Shown: positions 47,471 to 55,493 of the stretch, piece by piece
How the letters are laid out: every line of letters starts with the position of its first letter
Numbering within the stretch: the first letter of the stretch is position 1
Assembly: GCA_035635775.1 (NCBI GenBank)
Contig: DASQAL010000072.1
Coordinates: 775-64,774, forward strand
Origin: Candidatus Acidiferrum sp.
Lineage (GTDB): Bacteria > Methylomirabilota > Methylomirabilia > Rokubacteriales > CSP1-6
Direction: 5' to 3'
DNA length: 64,000 nucleotides
The notes under the pieces: model-generated
What the model was told of the DNA's origin: nothing
Databases searched by the model: none
Seen by the model: only the letters and a program-made list of their open reading frames with translations
Translations under genes and position numbers: made by a program

Positions 47471-47480
47471 AGGAGGCGCC

Positions 47481-48005
47481 ATGGCAACCTGCCCGATGTG
47501 CCGCTCGCCCCACGCCCGGCTTGGCTCCACCCGCCCCCTGACCGCGCTGCGACGGGCGCCGGCCCGGCTCGCCCGCGCGCTGCGTCGTGTCCCGCGGCGG
47601 CTGGTGGCCGGCCGGCCCGGGCGCGGGGAGTGGGCGGTGGCCGAGGTGCTGAGCCATCTCGCCGACGCGGAGATCGCGCTCGCGTTCCGGATCCGCAAGA
47701 TCGCCGCGGAGCCGCGGGGCGTGCTGGTGGCGTGGGATCAGGACCGCTGGGCGGACAACGGCCGCTACCGGCGCACGCCGCTGCGCGAGGCGCTCGCCAC
47801 CTTCGCGGCGCTGCGCCGGTCGAACCTCGCTTACGTCGGCCGCCTGAGTGCGGCGCAGAAGGGGCAGCACGGGCGGCATCCGGAGTACGGCCGCCTCACG
47901 ATCCCGCAGATGCTCGCGCACTGGGCCGAGCACGACCTGAACCACCTCGAGCAGATCCGCGCGGCGCATCGCCGCCTCGCGGGCCGGCGCCGCAGGAGAC
48001 CGTGA
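47481..48005 (+). CDS. DinB-family (DinB_2) four-helix-bundle protein
   Basis: AGGAGG 5 nt upstream; ...EWAVAEVLSHLADAEIA...HPEYG...MLAHWAEHDLNHLEQI (His triad); N-terminal CPMC. Confidence 0.7.
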   Translation: MATCPMCRSPHARLGSTRPLTALRRAPARLARALRRVPRRLVAGRPGRGEWAVAEVLSHLADAEIALAFRIRKIAAEPRGVLVAWDQDRWADNGRYRRTPLREALATFAALRRSNLAYVGRLSAAQKGQHGRHPEYGRLTIPQMLAHWAEHDLNHLEQIRAAHRRLAGRRRRRP

Positions 48006-48652
48006 CCCTGCCGCTGCCCCTGCGGAACCGGCTCGCCGATCTCATCCTCGACGCGCTTCACGACGGCGCCGCGCGGCGCGGGCTCGAGGCGGTCGCCGCG
48101 GTATGCGCCGATCCGCGCGCGCTCGACCCGGCCGCCCCGCCTCCCGAGGGCTTTCCGGCCGAGCTCTTCGATCGCCGCGCCGACGGCTGGCGCATCCGGT
48201 CCGGCTTCGGCCCCCACGCGGCTGCCTTCGGCGAGCGAGCGTCCCGCGCCGCACGGGCCCTCGCGGACCGGCCGCTCGCCCCCGCCGATCCGCCGCGGCC
48301 GGTGGCCCTCGCGGAAGCGGCCACGCTCTACGAGGCCGGCCTCTACTTCGAGACGCACGAGGTGCTCGAGCCCTTCTGGATGCGCGCCGAGGGCGCGGAG
48401 CGCGAGGCCCTCCAAGGCCTCATCCAGGTGGCGGTCGGATTCCAGCACCTGGCCAACGGCAATCTCGACGGCGCGCGCGCGCTCCTGCGCGACGGCGCCA
48501 CCAAGCTCGCGGGCCACCGGCTGGACGGCCGGGGCACGAGCGCCTTCGCGGCCGAGGTGGCGCGGTGCCTCGGCGAGATCATCGCGCTCGGCGCGGACGC
48601 GCCCGCGCGGTTCGACTGGAGCCGGGTGCCGCGCTTCCCGGCGGGGGACTGA
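48002..48652 (+). CDS. DUF309-domain protein with about 90 aa N-terminal extension
   Basis: GTG 48002 overlaps upstream TGA (GTGA); ...YEAGLYFETHEVLEPFWMRAEGAEREALQGLIQVAVGFQHLANGN... Confidence 0.6.
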   Translation: MTLPLPLRNRLADLILDALHDGAARRGLEAVAAVCADPRALDPAAPPPEGFPAELFDRRADGWRIRSGFGPHAAAFGERASRAARALADRPLAPADPPRPVALAEAATLYEAGLYFETHEVLEPFWMRAEGAEREALQGLIQVAVGFQHLANGNLDGARALLRDGATKLAGHRLDGRGTSAFAAEVARCLGEIIALGADAPARFDWSRVPRFPAGD

Positions 48653-48658
48653 GCCGCG

Positions 48659-49204
48659 ATGCCCCGCCTGCACGCGCTGTCCGACGCCGCGGAGGTCGCG
48701 AAGCGGCGCAAGCTGCTGCCGCCGGGCCGGCTGCTCGAGGCCTGGCCCGATCTCTACGTCACCGGTCAGGCCTGGGTGGGCGACGAGGCGCGCGCGCTGC
48801 TGGAGACGGCGGGCGGCGCGCTGCCGGTGGCGCTCTCGGTGGACGCGGCGGCGGTGCCCGTCTACTACGGCCCGCGGCTGCAGGACGTCGAGTCGCTGCC
48901 GCTCGAGGAGTCGCTCCGCGCGCGGGTGCTGTCGGCGCGCGGCATCGCGGTGGCCTGGATCAGCTACGATCAATTCGGCCAGCGCACCGTGTACGAGCCG
49001 ACCGGCCCCGCCGATCCCATCTTCTATCTGCGGCGGCCCGGCGGAACCGCCGCGCACATCTGGCGCCTGTTCCGGACGAAGCAGGAAGCGCGCGTCTACA
49101 TGGCCGAGTACTACGGCCGCGACTCCGAGGGGCGGGACTGGGTGGAGACCCTGCCCGCGGAGACGTTCGACGATCTGCTCGCGCGTCACAAGCCGCGAAG
49201 CTGA
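48659..49204 (+). CDS. hypothetical protein
   Basis: 181 aa ORF with normal (not Arg/Pro-skewed) composition, 6 nt after the DUF309 gene; no family recognised. Confidence 0.5.
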   Translation: MPRLHALSDAAEVAKRRKLLPPGRLLEAWPDLYVTGQAWVGDEARALLETAGGALPVALSVDAAAVPVYYGPRLQDVESLPLEESLRARVLSARGIAVAWISYDQFGQRTVYEPTGPADPIFYLRRPGGTAAHIWRLFRTKQEARVYMAEYYGRDSEGRDWVETLPAETFDDLLARHKPRS

Positions 49205-49228
49205 TCGCTCACCGAAAGGAGTCACGCG

Positions 49229-50023
49229 ATGGATCTCGGGCTCAAGGGCAAGACGGCACTGGTCACGGGCGGCAGCAAGGGCATCGGCCGCGCGGTCGCG
49301 CAGTCCCTCGCCGCGGAGGGCGCCCGCGTGATGATCTGCTCGCGCGACGCGGGCACCCTCAAGCAGGCGGCCGCGGACATCGAGCGCGCGACCGGCGGCC
49401 ACGTGGAGACCTCCTCCGCGGACCTGAGCCAGCCCGCCGAGGTCGTCCGGGTGGCGAAGGACGCGGTGGCGCGGCTCGGCCGCCTCGACATCCTGGTGAA
49501 CAACGCGGGCGCCATCAAGGGTGGCGATTTTCTCGCGACGCCGGACGAGGAGTGGCTCAACGGCTGGAGCCTCAAGCTCCTCGGCTACATCCGCATGGCG
49601 CGCGAGGTGCTCCCGCACATGCAGCGCCAGGGCGGCGGGCGCATCGTCAACGTGGTGGGCGCCGCCGCGCGCAACCCCGCCGTCACCTACATGATGGGCG
49701 GTACCGCCAACGCCGCGCTGATCAACTTCACCAAGGCGCTCTCCGACCTGGGCGTGAAGTCGAAGGTGCTGGTCACCGGCGTCTCACCGGGCCCCGTGAA
49801 GACGGAGCGCTGGGACAGCCTGATGGCGCAGCAGGCGAAGGCGGCGGGGCAGGACGCGGAGAACTACGTAAGAGAACGTAGTCAGGAATTTCCACTCGGG
49901 CGCATCGCGCGGCCGGAAGAAGTCGCCGACGTCGTGTGCTTCCTCGCGTCCGAGCGCGCGTCGTACCTCACCGGGATCACCGTCACGGTGGACGGCGGCA
50001 TCACGCGCGGGGTATACCTCTGA
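49229..50023 (+). CDS. SDR family oxidoreductase
   Basis: KTALVTGGSKGIGRAVA, NNAG, SDR fold throughout; 264 aa. Confidence 0.8.
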   Translation: MDLGLKGKTALVTGGSKGIGRAVAQSLAAEGARVMICSRDAGTLKQAAADIERATGGHVETSSADLSQPAEVVRVAKDAVARLGRLDILVNNAGAIKGGDFLATPDEEWLNGWSLKLLGYIRMAREVLPHMQRQGGGRIVNVVGAAARNPAVTYMMGGTANAALINFTKALSDLGVKSKVLVTGVSPGPVKTERWDSLMAQQAKAAGQDAENYVRERSQEFPLGRIARPEEVADVVCFLASERASYLTGITVTVDGGITRGVYL

Positions 50024-50103
50024 GCAATTTTTGATGCACCGGCTGGCCCACCCAGTAAGGGCATAACGTAGTGAAATAAAGAACATTCCTCCGGAAGATT
50101 CGC

Positions 50104-50132
50104 TTGACAGGTGGTAGGACCACCAGTAGGGT
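50104..50132 (+). promoter_or_regulatory. putative sigma70-type promoter of the RRM-protein gene
   Basis: TTGACA (50104-50109), 17 nt, TAGGGT (50127-50132) in a locally AT-richer spacer; predicts a leader of about 110 nt. Confidence 0.4.
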
Positions 50133-50247
50133 AGCGCCCACGCTGCGGGTCCGCCTGGCGAGGCCCACGAGCGGATGGCTTTCCTAGACGCCGCTGGCGA
50201 GCCGGGGGGGAGTCTACTCGGTCCTGATCGCGGCAGGAGGTTCTGCG

Positions 50248-50589
50248 ATGCCTGCAAAGCTTTTCGTCGGCAATCTCTCCTTCCAGGCGACTGAAGAAGA
50301 CCTGCGGGAGCTCTTCCAGCAGGCCGGGACGGTCGAATCCGTCCGCATCGTCACCGATCAGTTCACCGGCAGGCCCCGCGGCTTCGGGTTCGTCGAGATG
50401 GCCACCAAGGAAGAGCTGGCCAAGGCCATCGAGATGTTAAACGGTCGACTTTTCAGGGATCGCAACCTCGTCGTCGACGAGGCACGGCCCCAGCCCCAGC
50501 GTAGCGGCGGCGGTGGTGGTGGCGGGCCTCGGGGCGGCGGCGGCGGTGGGCGGCCCGGCGGAGGCGGCGGAGGAGGCTGGCGCCGCTAG
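50248..50589 (+). CDS. RRM-type RNA-binding protein with glycine/arginine-rich tail
   Basis: RNP2 LFVGNL, RNP1 RGFGFVEM; C-terminal GGGGGGGPRGGGGGGRPGGGGGGGWRR; AGGAGG 7 nt upstream. Confidence 0.9.
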   Translation: MPAKLFVGNLSFQATEEDLRELFQQAGTVESVRIVTDQFTGRPRGFGFVEMATKEELAKAIEMLNGRLFRDRNLVVDEARPQPQRSGGGGGGGPRGGGGGGRPGGGGGGGWRR

Positions 50590-50600
50590 AGCGACTTCGG

Positions 50601-50636
50601 CCCCGGGGAGGCCAGGTCGGTTCCCCGGGGTTTTTT
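50601..50636 (+). terminator. intrinsic terminator
   Basis: CCCCGGGGA (50601-50609) pairs with TCCCCGGGG (50622-50630), followed by TTTTTT (50631-50636). Confidence 0.8.
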
Positions 50637-50669
50637 CTCGTGATAGAGTACTCGCCATGTGGAGAGTCC

Positions 50670-51650
50670 ATGGATAACCCGCGACCGGCCCCGGGCTTCG
50701 TGAAGCGCCTCGGTGGGATAGTGGATCAACGGCGAGGCGTGACATTCCAAACGCTTAAATCAGAAAACCTGCTGAATCGCCTCACGGGCGAGAGGATGCC
50801 TTTCGGCTGGACCGTGAACCCGTTTCGCGGGTGCGAGCTGGGCTGCCGGTACTGCTACGCGCGGCCCACGCACGAGTACCTGGGACACGGCGACCCCGAG
50901 GAGTTCGAGGAGCGCATCTACGTCAAGGAAGCCGGCACCGCCCGGCTCCTGAGCGGCCTGATCCGGGCGCGCCAAGCCGGGCAGGAGATCGCCATCGGCA
51001 CCGCCACCGACCCCTACCAGCCGGCGGAAGCGCGCTTCGCGGTGACCCGCGGCGTGCTCGAGGTCATGGCGCGGGTGCCCGGGCTCCGCATCGGGCTCAC
51101 GACCAAGTCCACCGGCATCCTCCGCGACCGCGAGCTCCTGTCCCGCATCGCGCGGTCTTCGGACCTCTGGGTGAACGTCTCGCTGATCTCGCTCGACGCG
51201 GCGCTCCTGCGGCAGCTCGAGCCCAGGGCTCCCCGGCCCGATCTGAGGCTCGAGGCCATGCGGGCGCTCTCCGCCGACGGCGTCCGCGCGCGCCTCTTCC
51301 TCATGCCGGTGCTTCCCATGCTGACGGACGGCGACGCGAGCCTGCGTGAGCTGCTGGCCGCCGCCCTCGCGGCGGGTGCGCGCGAGGCGATCTCGCAGGC
51401 CCTGTTCCTCCGGACCGAGATGACGTGGCGCTTCTTCCTCGAGTTCGTGGAGCGGGAGTTCCCGTGGGCGCTCGCGCGCTACCGCGCGTTCTATCCGACG
51501 CCCGGCAATGCCCCGCGCGGCTATCGGGAGGAGATCGAGCGGCGGGTGGCCCGGCTGGCCGCGGAGGTGGGCTTCCCCGCGCGCACGCGCGACGACCGCG
51601 TGCGCGCGGAGGCGCCCGCGCAGCCGCGCCAGCTCTCGCTGGTCTGGTAA
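50670..51650 (+). CDS. radical SAM protein, SplB / DNA-repair-photolyase-like (COG1533 type)
   Basis: ...TVNPFRGCELGCRYCYARPTHEYLG... (CxxxCxxC cluster motif); alternative GTG 50640 lies at the terminator T-run. Confidence 0.75.
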   Translation: MDNPRPAPGFVKRLGGIVDQRRGVTFQTLKSENLLNRLTGERMPFGWTVNPFRGCELGCRYCYARPTHEYLGHGDPEEFEERIYVKEAGTARLLSGLIRARQAGQEIAIGTATDPYQPAEARFAVTRGVLEVMARVPGLRIGLTTKSTGILRDRELLSRIARSSDLWVNVSLISLDAALLRQLEPRAPRPDLRLEAMRALSADGVRARLFLMPVLPMLTDGDASLRELLAAALAAGAREAISQALFLRTEMTWRFFLEFVEREFPWALARYRAFYPTPGNAPRGYREEIERRVARLAAEVGFPARTRDDRVRAEAPAQPRQLSLVW

Positions 51651-51678
51651 CGGCGGCCCCGCCTCGATCCTCCCCGCC

Positions 51679-53967
51679 TCAATCGTCGTAGAGGCGCCCC
51701 TGCTCGGGGGCGACGGGCGCGGGCTCCGCCTCGGTGACCGGCGAGAGGCCGTCCTGCTCGATCAGCGGCCGGAACTTCTCGTAGAGCTCCTGCAGCTTGG
51801 CCACGTAGTACGCGGTGTTCTCGTCGGGCGCGGTCAGGCTCCACTCGGCCGCGAGCTTGGCCGCCTCGTTGACCTTGACCCGCTTGGAGTCGCCGGTGAC
51901 ATAGTAGGAGACCTGATCGCCCGGTTGATACGACCGGCTCGAGCCCTGGGCCAGCTCGTAGGCCGCGCCCACGTTGCGCGCGCCCGCCTGGAGCTTCTGG
52001 CGATACACCGCGAGCGACTCCTGCAGCGTCTCCGTCTTCATGAACTGCTTGAGCGGCACGCGGTGGGCCCGGAAGTCCTCCTCCCAGCGGCTCACCAGGG
52101 CGGGAATCTCGTCCCGCCGCCCGGTGAGGAGCAGGCGGAACATCTCCTCCATCCACAGGCGCTGGAAGAGCTCGATGCCGCGCGAGCGCAGGCCCGAGCC
52201 CTTGATCAGGAGCTTGCCGCGCTCGTCGAGGACGACGTAGTTCTTCATCTTGTAGCTGAACATCGCCACGTAGCGGCCGTCCAGCTCGAGCTGGATCCCC
52301 TCCGGGAGAACCGCCGACAGCTCGGCCACGAGATGATCTTCGGACGCCGTGGGGGAGGCCGCGGGCGGGACGAAGTAGATGCCGTCGGTGTCCACCTCGA
52401 CCACGGCGGCGCCCAGCTCGCCGAGCCGGTCGAGCAGCGCCTGCACGAGCCGCCGGCCCTCGCCGGTCACGCGGTTGGCCACCTCGAAGTCGTTCCAGTG
52501 CCCCTGCGAGAAGGCGAGGTAGCCGTAGAACGAGTTGATGAAGATCTTGAAGGTCTGCTGGAGCGCGTTCAGGAAGATCCGGTCCTCCGGGGCGGCCGCC
52601 TCGCGGGCCAGCCGCTTGGCCGAGACGCGGAACTCGCGGAGGTCGCGGAGCAGGGAAGCCGAGACCCCGAGCCGGTCGGAGGCCGGGAAAAGGTCCTGCC
52701 CCAGCATCAGGGACGGGTAGAGCGAGGTCACGTCCACGTGCAGCACGTCGCGGGCCACGCCCTGCTGGAACACCGCGGTGTAGCCGCCCGCGACACCGCG
52801 GCCCGCGCCGGGCGCGGGCACCGCCTGGCCGCGGTGCACGTATTCCCGCATCAGCAGCGCGTCGATCTTGGTCGCGTTGCCACGCAGCACGGTGGTCTGG
52901 TAGTCGAAGGGCAGGGCCTGCGCCTGCACGAAGTAGGGCGGTGACAGGATGGCCGAGATCGCCAGCGTCTCCAGCACGTCGTCGCGCGCATAGGCCATGA
53001 GCCGGGCCGGGTCCTCCGCGAAGATGCGCGGGATGTCTTCCGGCGGGAGGTAGGTCCGGTCGGGTGCCGGCACCCCGAAGTGGCGCGCCACGTCCTTGAG
53101 GCCGTAGGACTCGAGGTCGCGGGCCCCCACGTCGTAGAGCTGGGCCAGGATCCACGTGTCCACGATGTGGCGGCCGGTCACCCCGTAGCGCCGGTACCCG
53201 ATCGCGCGCTCCGCCACCTGCATGCGCGAGGGATAGCCGCGCAGCACGGAGGCGTCGCGCCCCCACGCGAGCGGCACGCGGTGCCGGCGCGCCCGCGCCT
53301 CCAGGTATTCGAGATCGAAGCGGAAGATGTTGTGGCCTTCCAGCACGTCGGGATCGCGCTCGCGGAGGATGCGCGAGCACTCGGCCAGCAGCTGGGCCTC
53401 GGAGAGCTCCACCCCCGACAGCACGACCGAGAACCCGGTGGAGTCGGCCATCGCGATCGCGATGATGCGATCGGACTCGCGGGCCGCGTTCGGGAACTCG
53501 AAGCCGGGCGCGGTGGTGACCTCGATGTCGAGCGCCATGCGCCGCAGGTCGCCGAAGCCCATGCCGAGAAACGAGGTCTTCCCCGAGCGCAGCAGGAACT
53601 GGTGCACCGGATCGTTGAGGAACCGATACGGGGCGTCGGGGGCCCCCGCGCCCTTGCCGGAAGCGCGCAGGCAGTGGTCCCGCACCCGGAGCGCCTGCGG
53701 CCAGGACGGGCACTCCGCGAGCCAGCGGTAGACGCCGTCGCCGTCGAGGGGCGTCACCTCCACGTCGCCCTTGAGCTCCTTGAGGAGATCAGGATCGGCC
53801 AGGAGGAGGAATGGCCGGAAGGGCTCGTCGGTCGTCGTCACGAGCCCCTCGCTCCGGGCGTACACCGTGACCTGGCTCTCGGCGGGGCGGAAGGCGAGCA
53901 GGCCGCGGGTCGCGTCGTGCCCGAAGAGCAGGGGATTGTCGTAGAACGGCAGCGGGAGCGACGTCAA
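51679..53967 (-). CDS. polB: family B DNA polymerase (Pol II type) with 3'-5' exonuclease domain
   Basis: Exo I ALDIEV, Exo II NIFRFDLEYL, Exo III YARDDV; Pol motifs DVTSLYPS, KIFINSFYGY, VEVDTDG; proposed TTG start 53967 overlapping the upstream TGA (TTGA); the rest of the 1257 aa track ORF is artefact. Confidence 0.8.
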   Translation of the reverse strand: MTSLPLPFYDNPLLFGHDATRGLLAFRPAESQVTVYARSEGLVTTTDEPFRPFLLLADPDLLKELKGDVEVTPLDGDGVYRWLAECPSWPQALRVRDHCLRASGKGAGAPDAPYRFLNDPVHQFLLRSGKTSFLGMGFGDLRRMALDIEVTTAPGFEFPNAARESDRIIAIAMADSTGFSVVLSGVELSEAQLLAECSRILRERDPDVLEGHNIFRFDLEYLEARARRHRVPLAWGRDASVLRGYPSRMQVAERAIGYRRYGVTGRHIVDTWILAQLYDVGARDLESYGLKDVARHFGVPAPDRTYLPPEDIPRIFAEDPARLMAYARDDVLETLAISAILSPPYFVQAQALPFDYQTTVLRGNATKIDALLMREYVHRGQAVPAPGAGRGVAGGYTAVFQQGVARDVLHVDVTSLYPSLMLGQDLFPASDRLGVSASLLRDLREFRVSAKRLAREAAAPEDRIFLNALQQTFKIFINSFYGYLAFSQGHWNDFEVANRVTGEGRRLVQALLDRLGELGAAVVEVDTDGIYFVPPAASPTASEDHLVAELSAVLPEGIQLELDGRYVAMFSYKMKNYVVLDERGKLLIKGSGLRSRGIELFQRLWMEEMFRLLLTGRRDEIPALVSRWEEDFRAHRVPLKQFMKTETLQESLAVYRQKLQAGARNVGAAYELAQGSSRSYQPGDQVSYYVTGDSKRVKVNEAAKLAAEWSLTAPDENTAYYVAKLQELYEKFRPLIEQDGLSPVTEAEPAPVAPEQGRLYDD

Positions 53968-54458
53968 TTGAGCAGGCCGCGGAGCCGGTGGAGCTCCCTT
54001 CGGGCCGTCACGTAGCGCGGCTCGAGGGCCAGCGCTCCTTCCAGCTCCCGGATCGCGGCGAGAATCTCGTGGCGCTTGATGTGGACGCGGGCCAGATTGA
54101 AGTACGGATAGTGGCGCGGCTCGTAGCGGGCCGCCGTCTTCGCGCGCTCGAGCCAGGTCACCGCTTCCTCCTCGCGCCCCAGCTCGATCAGGTAGGCGCC
54201 GATGTCGTTGTAGGGGTTCCCGAAGTCCGGGTCCACCGAGATCGCGATCTTGCACTGGGCGATCGCCTCGTCGGGCCGCCCCTGGTGGCTGTACGCCCAG
54301 CCGAGGAAGGTGTGGGCCTCCGCGGTCGGGTGCAGCGCGATGGACCGCTGGTAGTGCGCCAGCGCTTCCTCCAGGCGCCCCTGCATCTGCGCCTCGTAGC
54401 CCTGCTGGAAATGGCGCTGCGCTTCCGCGCGCGTCTCCCGTGACGGCTCGTCGCTCAT
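53964..54458 (-). CDS. TPR-repeat protein
   Basis: ATG 54458; 164 aa; repeated A..Y...I.L.P motifs (EEALAHYQRSIALHP, DEAIAQCKIAISVDP, EEAVTWLERAKTAARYEP, AAIRELEGALALEP). Confidence 0.75.
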   Translation of the reverse strand: MSDEPSRETRAEAQRHFQQGYEAQMQGRLEEALAHYQRSIALHPTAEAHTFLGWAYSHQGRPDEAIAQCKIAISVDPDFGNPYNDIGAYLIELGREEEAVTWLERAKTAARYEPRHYPYFNLARVHIKRHEILAAIRELEGALALEPRYVTARRELHRLRGLLN

Positions 54459-54573
54459 CGGCCCGGCTCGGTCGCCTCCTGGATGGCCTGGCTCCTCCTG
54501 GCCGCATTCTACCGCAGCGCATGCGGGCCGGCGCGGCGGCGCGCGGTCTCCGGTCTCCTGGTATGCTCGCCCC

Positions 54574-55434
54574 GTGCACCGGATCGCGGCGGCGGTGATG
54601 GCGGCGACGCTCCTCGCGGGCTGCGCCGCGCACACCGCGCGCGAGACCGTCCGCTTCCCCAACGCCACCCCCGGCGCCCCGGTGGCGATCGAGGCCACGC
54701 TCATCCGCCCCGCCGGCCCCGGCCCGTTTCCCGCGGTGGTGCAGCTCCACGGCTGCGGCGGCATCGACGCTCAGTCCGTCCGCTGGGCGCGCTGGCTCGC
54801 CGAGCGCGGCTACGTGGCCCTGGTGGTGGACAGCTTCGGCCCGCGCCGCCTCAAGGGTGACTGCCGCTCGGGGCCGGATGATCCGCCGCTCACCGCGCGC
54901 TTCGACGACGCGTTCGGGGCCCTGCGTTATCTCCAATCCCAGACCTATGTCCGCGCGGACCGGGTGGCCGCCATCGGCTGGTCGCAGGGCGGCGTCTACG
55001 CCATGGCGGTGATCAACGGCCCGAGCCTCGAGCGCGCCCGCGGCCGCGGCGTCTCGCAGCCGACCATCGGATCCACGACGGGCGGCTTCGCGGCGGGCAT
55101 CGGCGTCTACCCGGGCGGCTGCTTCTCCCTGGTAAAGGAGCAGGTGGTCCGGCCGCTGCTCGTGCTCATCGGGGAGGCCGACGACTGGACGCCGGCGGCC
55201 AAGTGCCGGGAGATGGTCGAGGCCATGCGGAGCCGCGGCGCCGACGCCACCATCGTCGCCTATCCGGGCGCCTACCACTACTTCGACGTCGAGGGGCAGC
55301 GGCTCGAGGTGCTGGCCCAGGTGGAGAACGAGAACCGGCCGGGCGGCTTTGGTGCCACGGTTTCCTACCAGGCGGAAGCGGCGGCGGACGCCTATCGCCG
55401 CGTCGAGGACTTCCTGGCGCGGCACCTCAAATAG
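54574..55434 (+). CDS. dienelactone-hydrolase-family lipoprotein
   Basis: Lipobox MHRIAAAVMAATLLAGC; ...VVQLHGCGG...VDSFG...GWSQGG...; 286 aa. Confidence 0.75.
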   Translation: MHRIAAAVMAATLLAGCAAHTARETVRFPNATPGAPVAIEATLIRPAGPGPFPAVVQLHGCGGIDAQSVRWARWLAERGYVALVVDSFGPRRLKGDCRSGPDDPPLTARFDDAFGALRYLQSQTYVRADRVAAIGWSQGGVYAMAVINGPSLERARGRGVSQPTIGSTTGGFAAGIGVYPGGCFSLVKEQVVRPLLVLIGEADDWTPAAKCREMVEAMRSRGADATIVAYPGAYHYFDVEGQRLEVLAQVENENRPGGFGATVSYQAEAAADAYRRVEDFLARHLK

Positions 55435-55493
55435 CCCGCTCCCGCGTTGCAAGCGCCGGGCCGCGCGTGCTAGCGTGAGCCCGCACTCATTTC

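Noticed and set aside
50505-50580. GGC/GGT-rich tandem-looking repeat
   Set aside because: It is the coding sequence of the glycine/arginine-rich tail of the RRM protein. It is low-complexity coding DNA, not a CRISPR array or a satellite.
51679-55452. 1257 aa ORF suggesting a giant PolB fusion protein
   Set aside because: Only the C-terminal 762 aa are polymerase-like. The upstream 495 aa are Arg/Ala/Gly-rich, overlap the well-supported TPR gene in another frame, and run antisense to the dienelactone-hydrolase gene.
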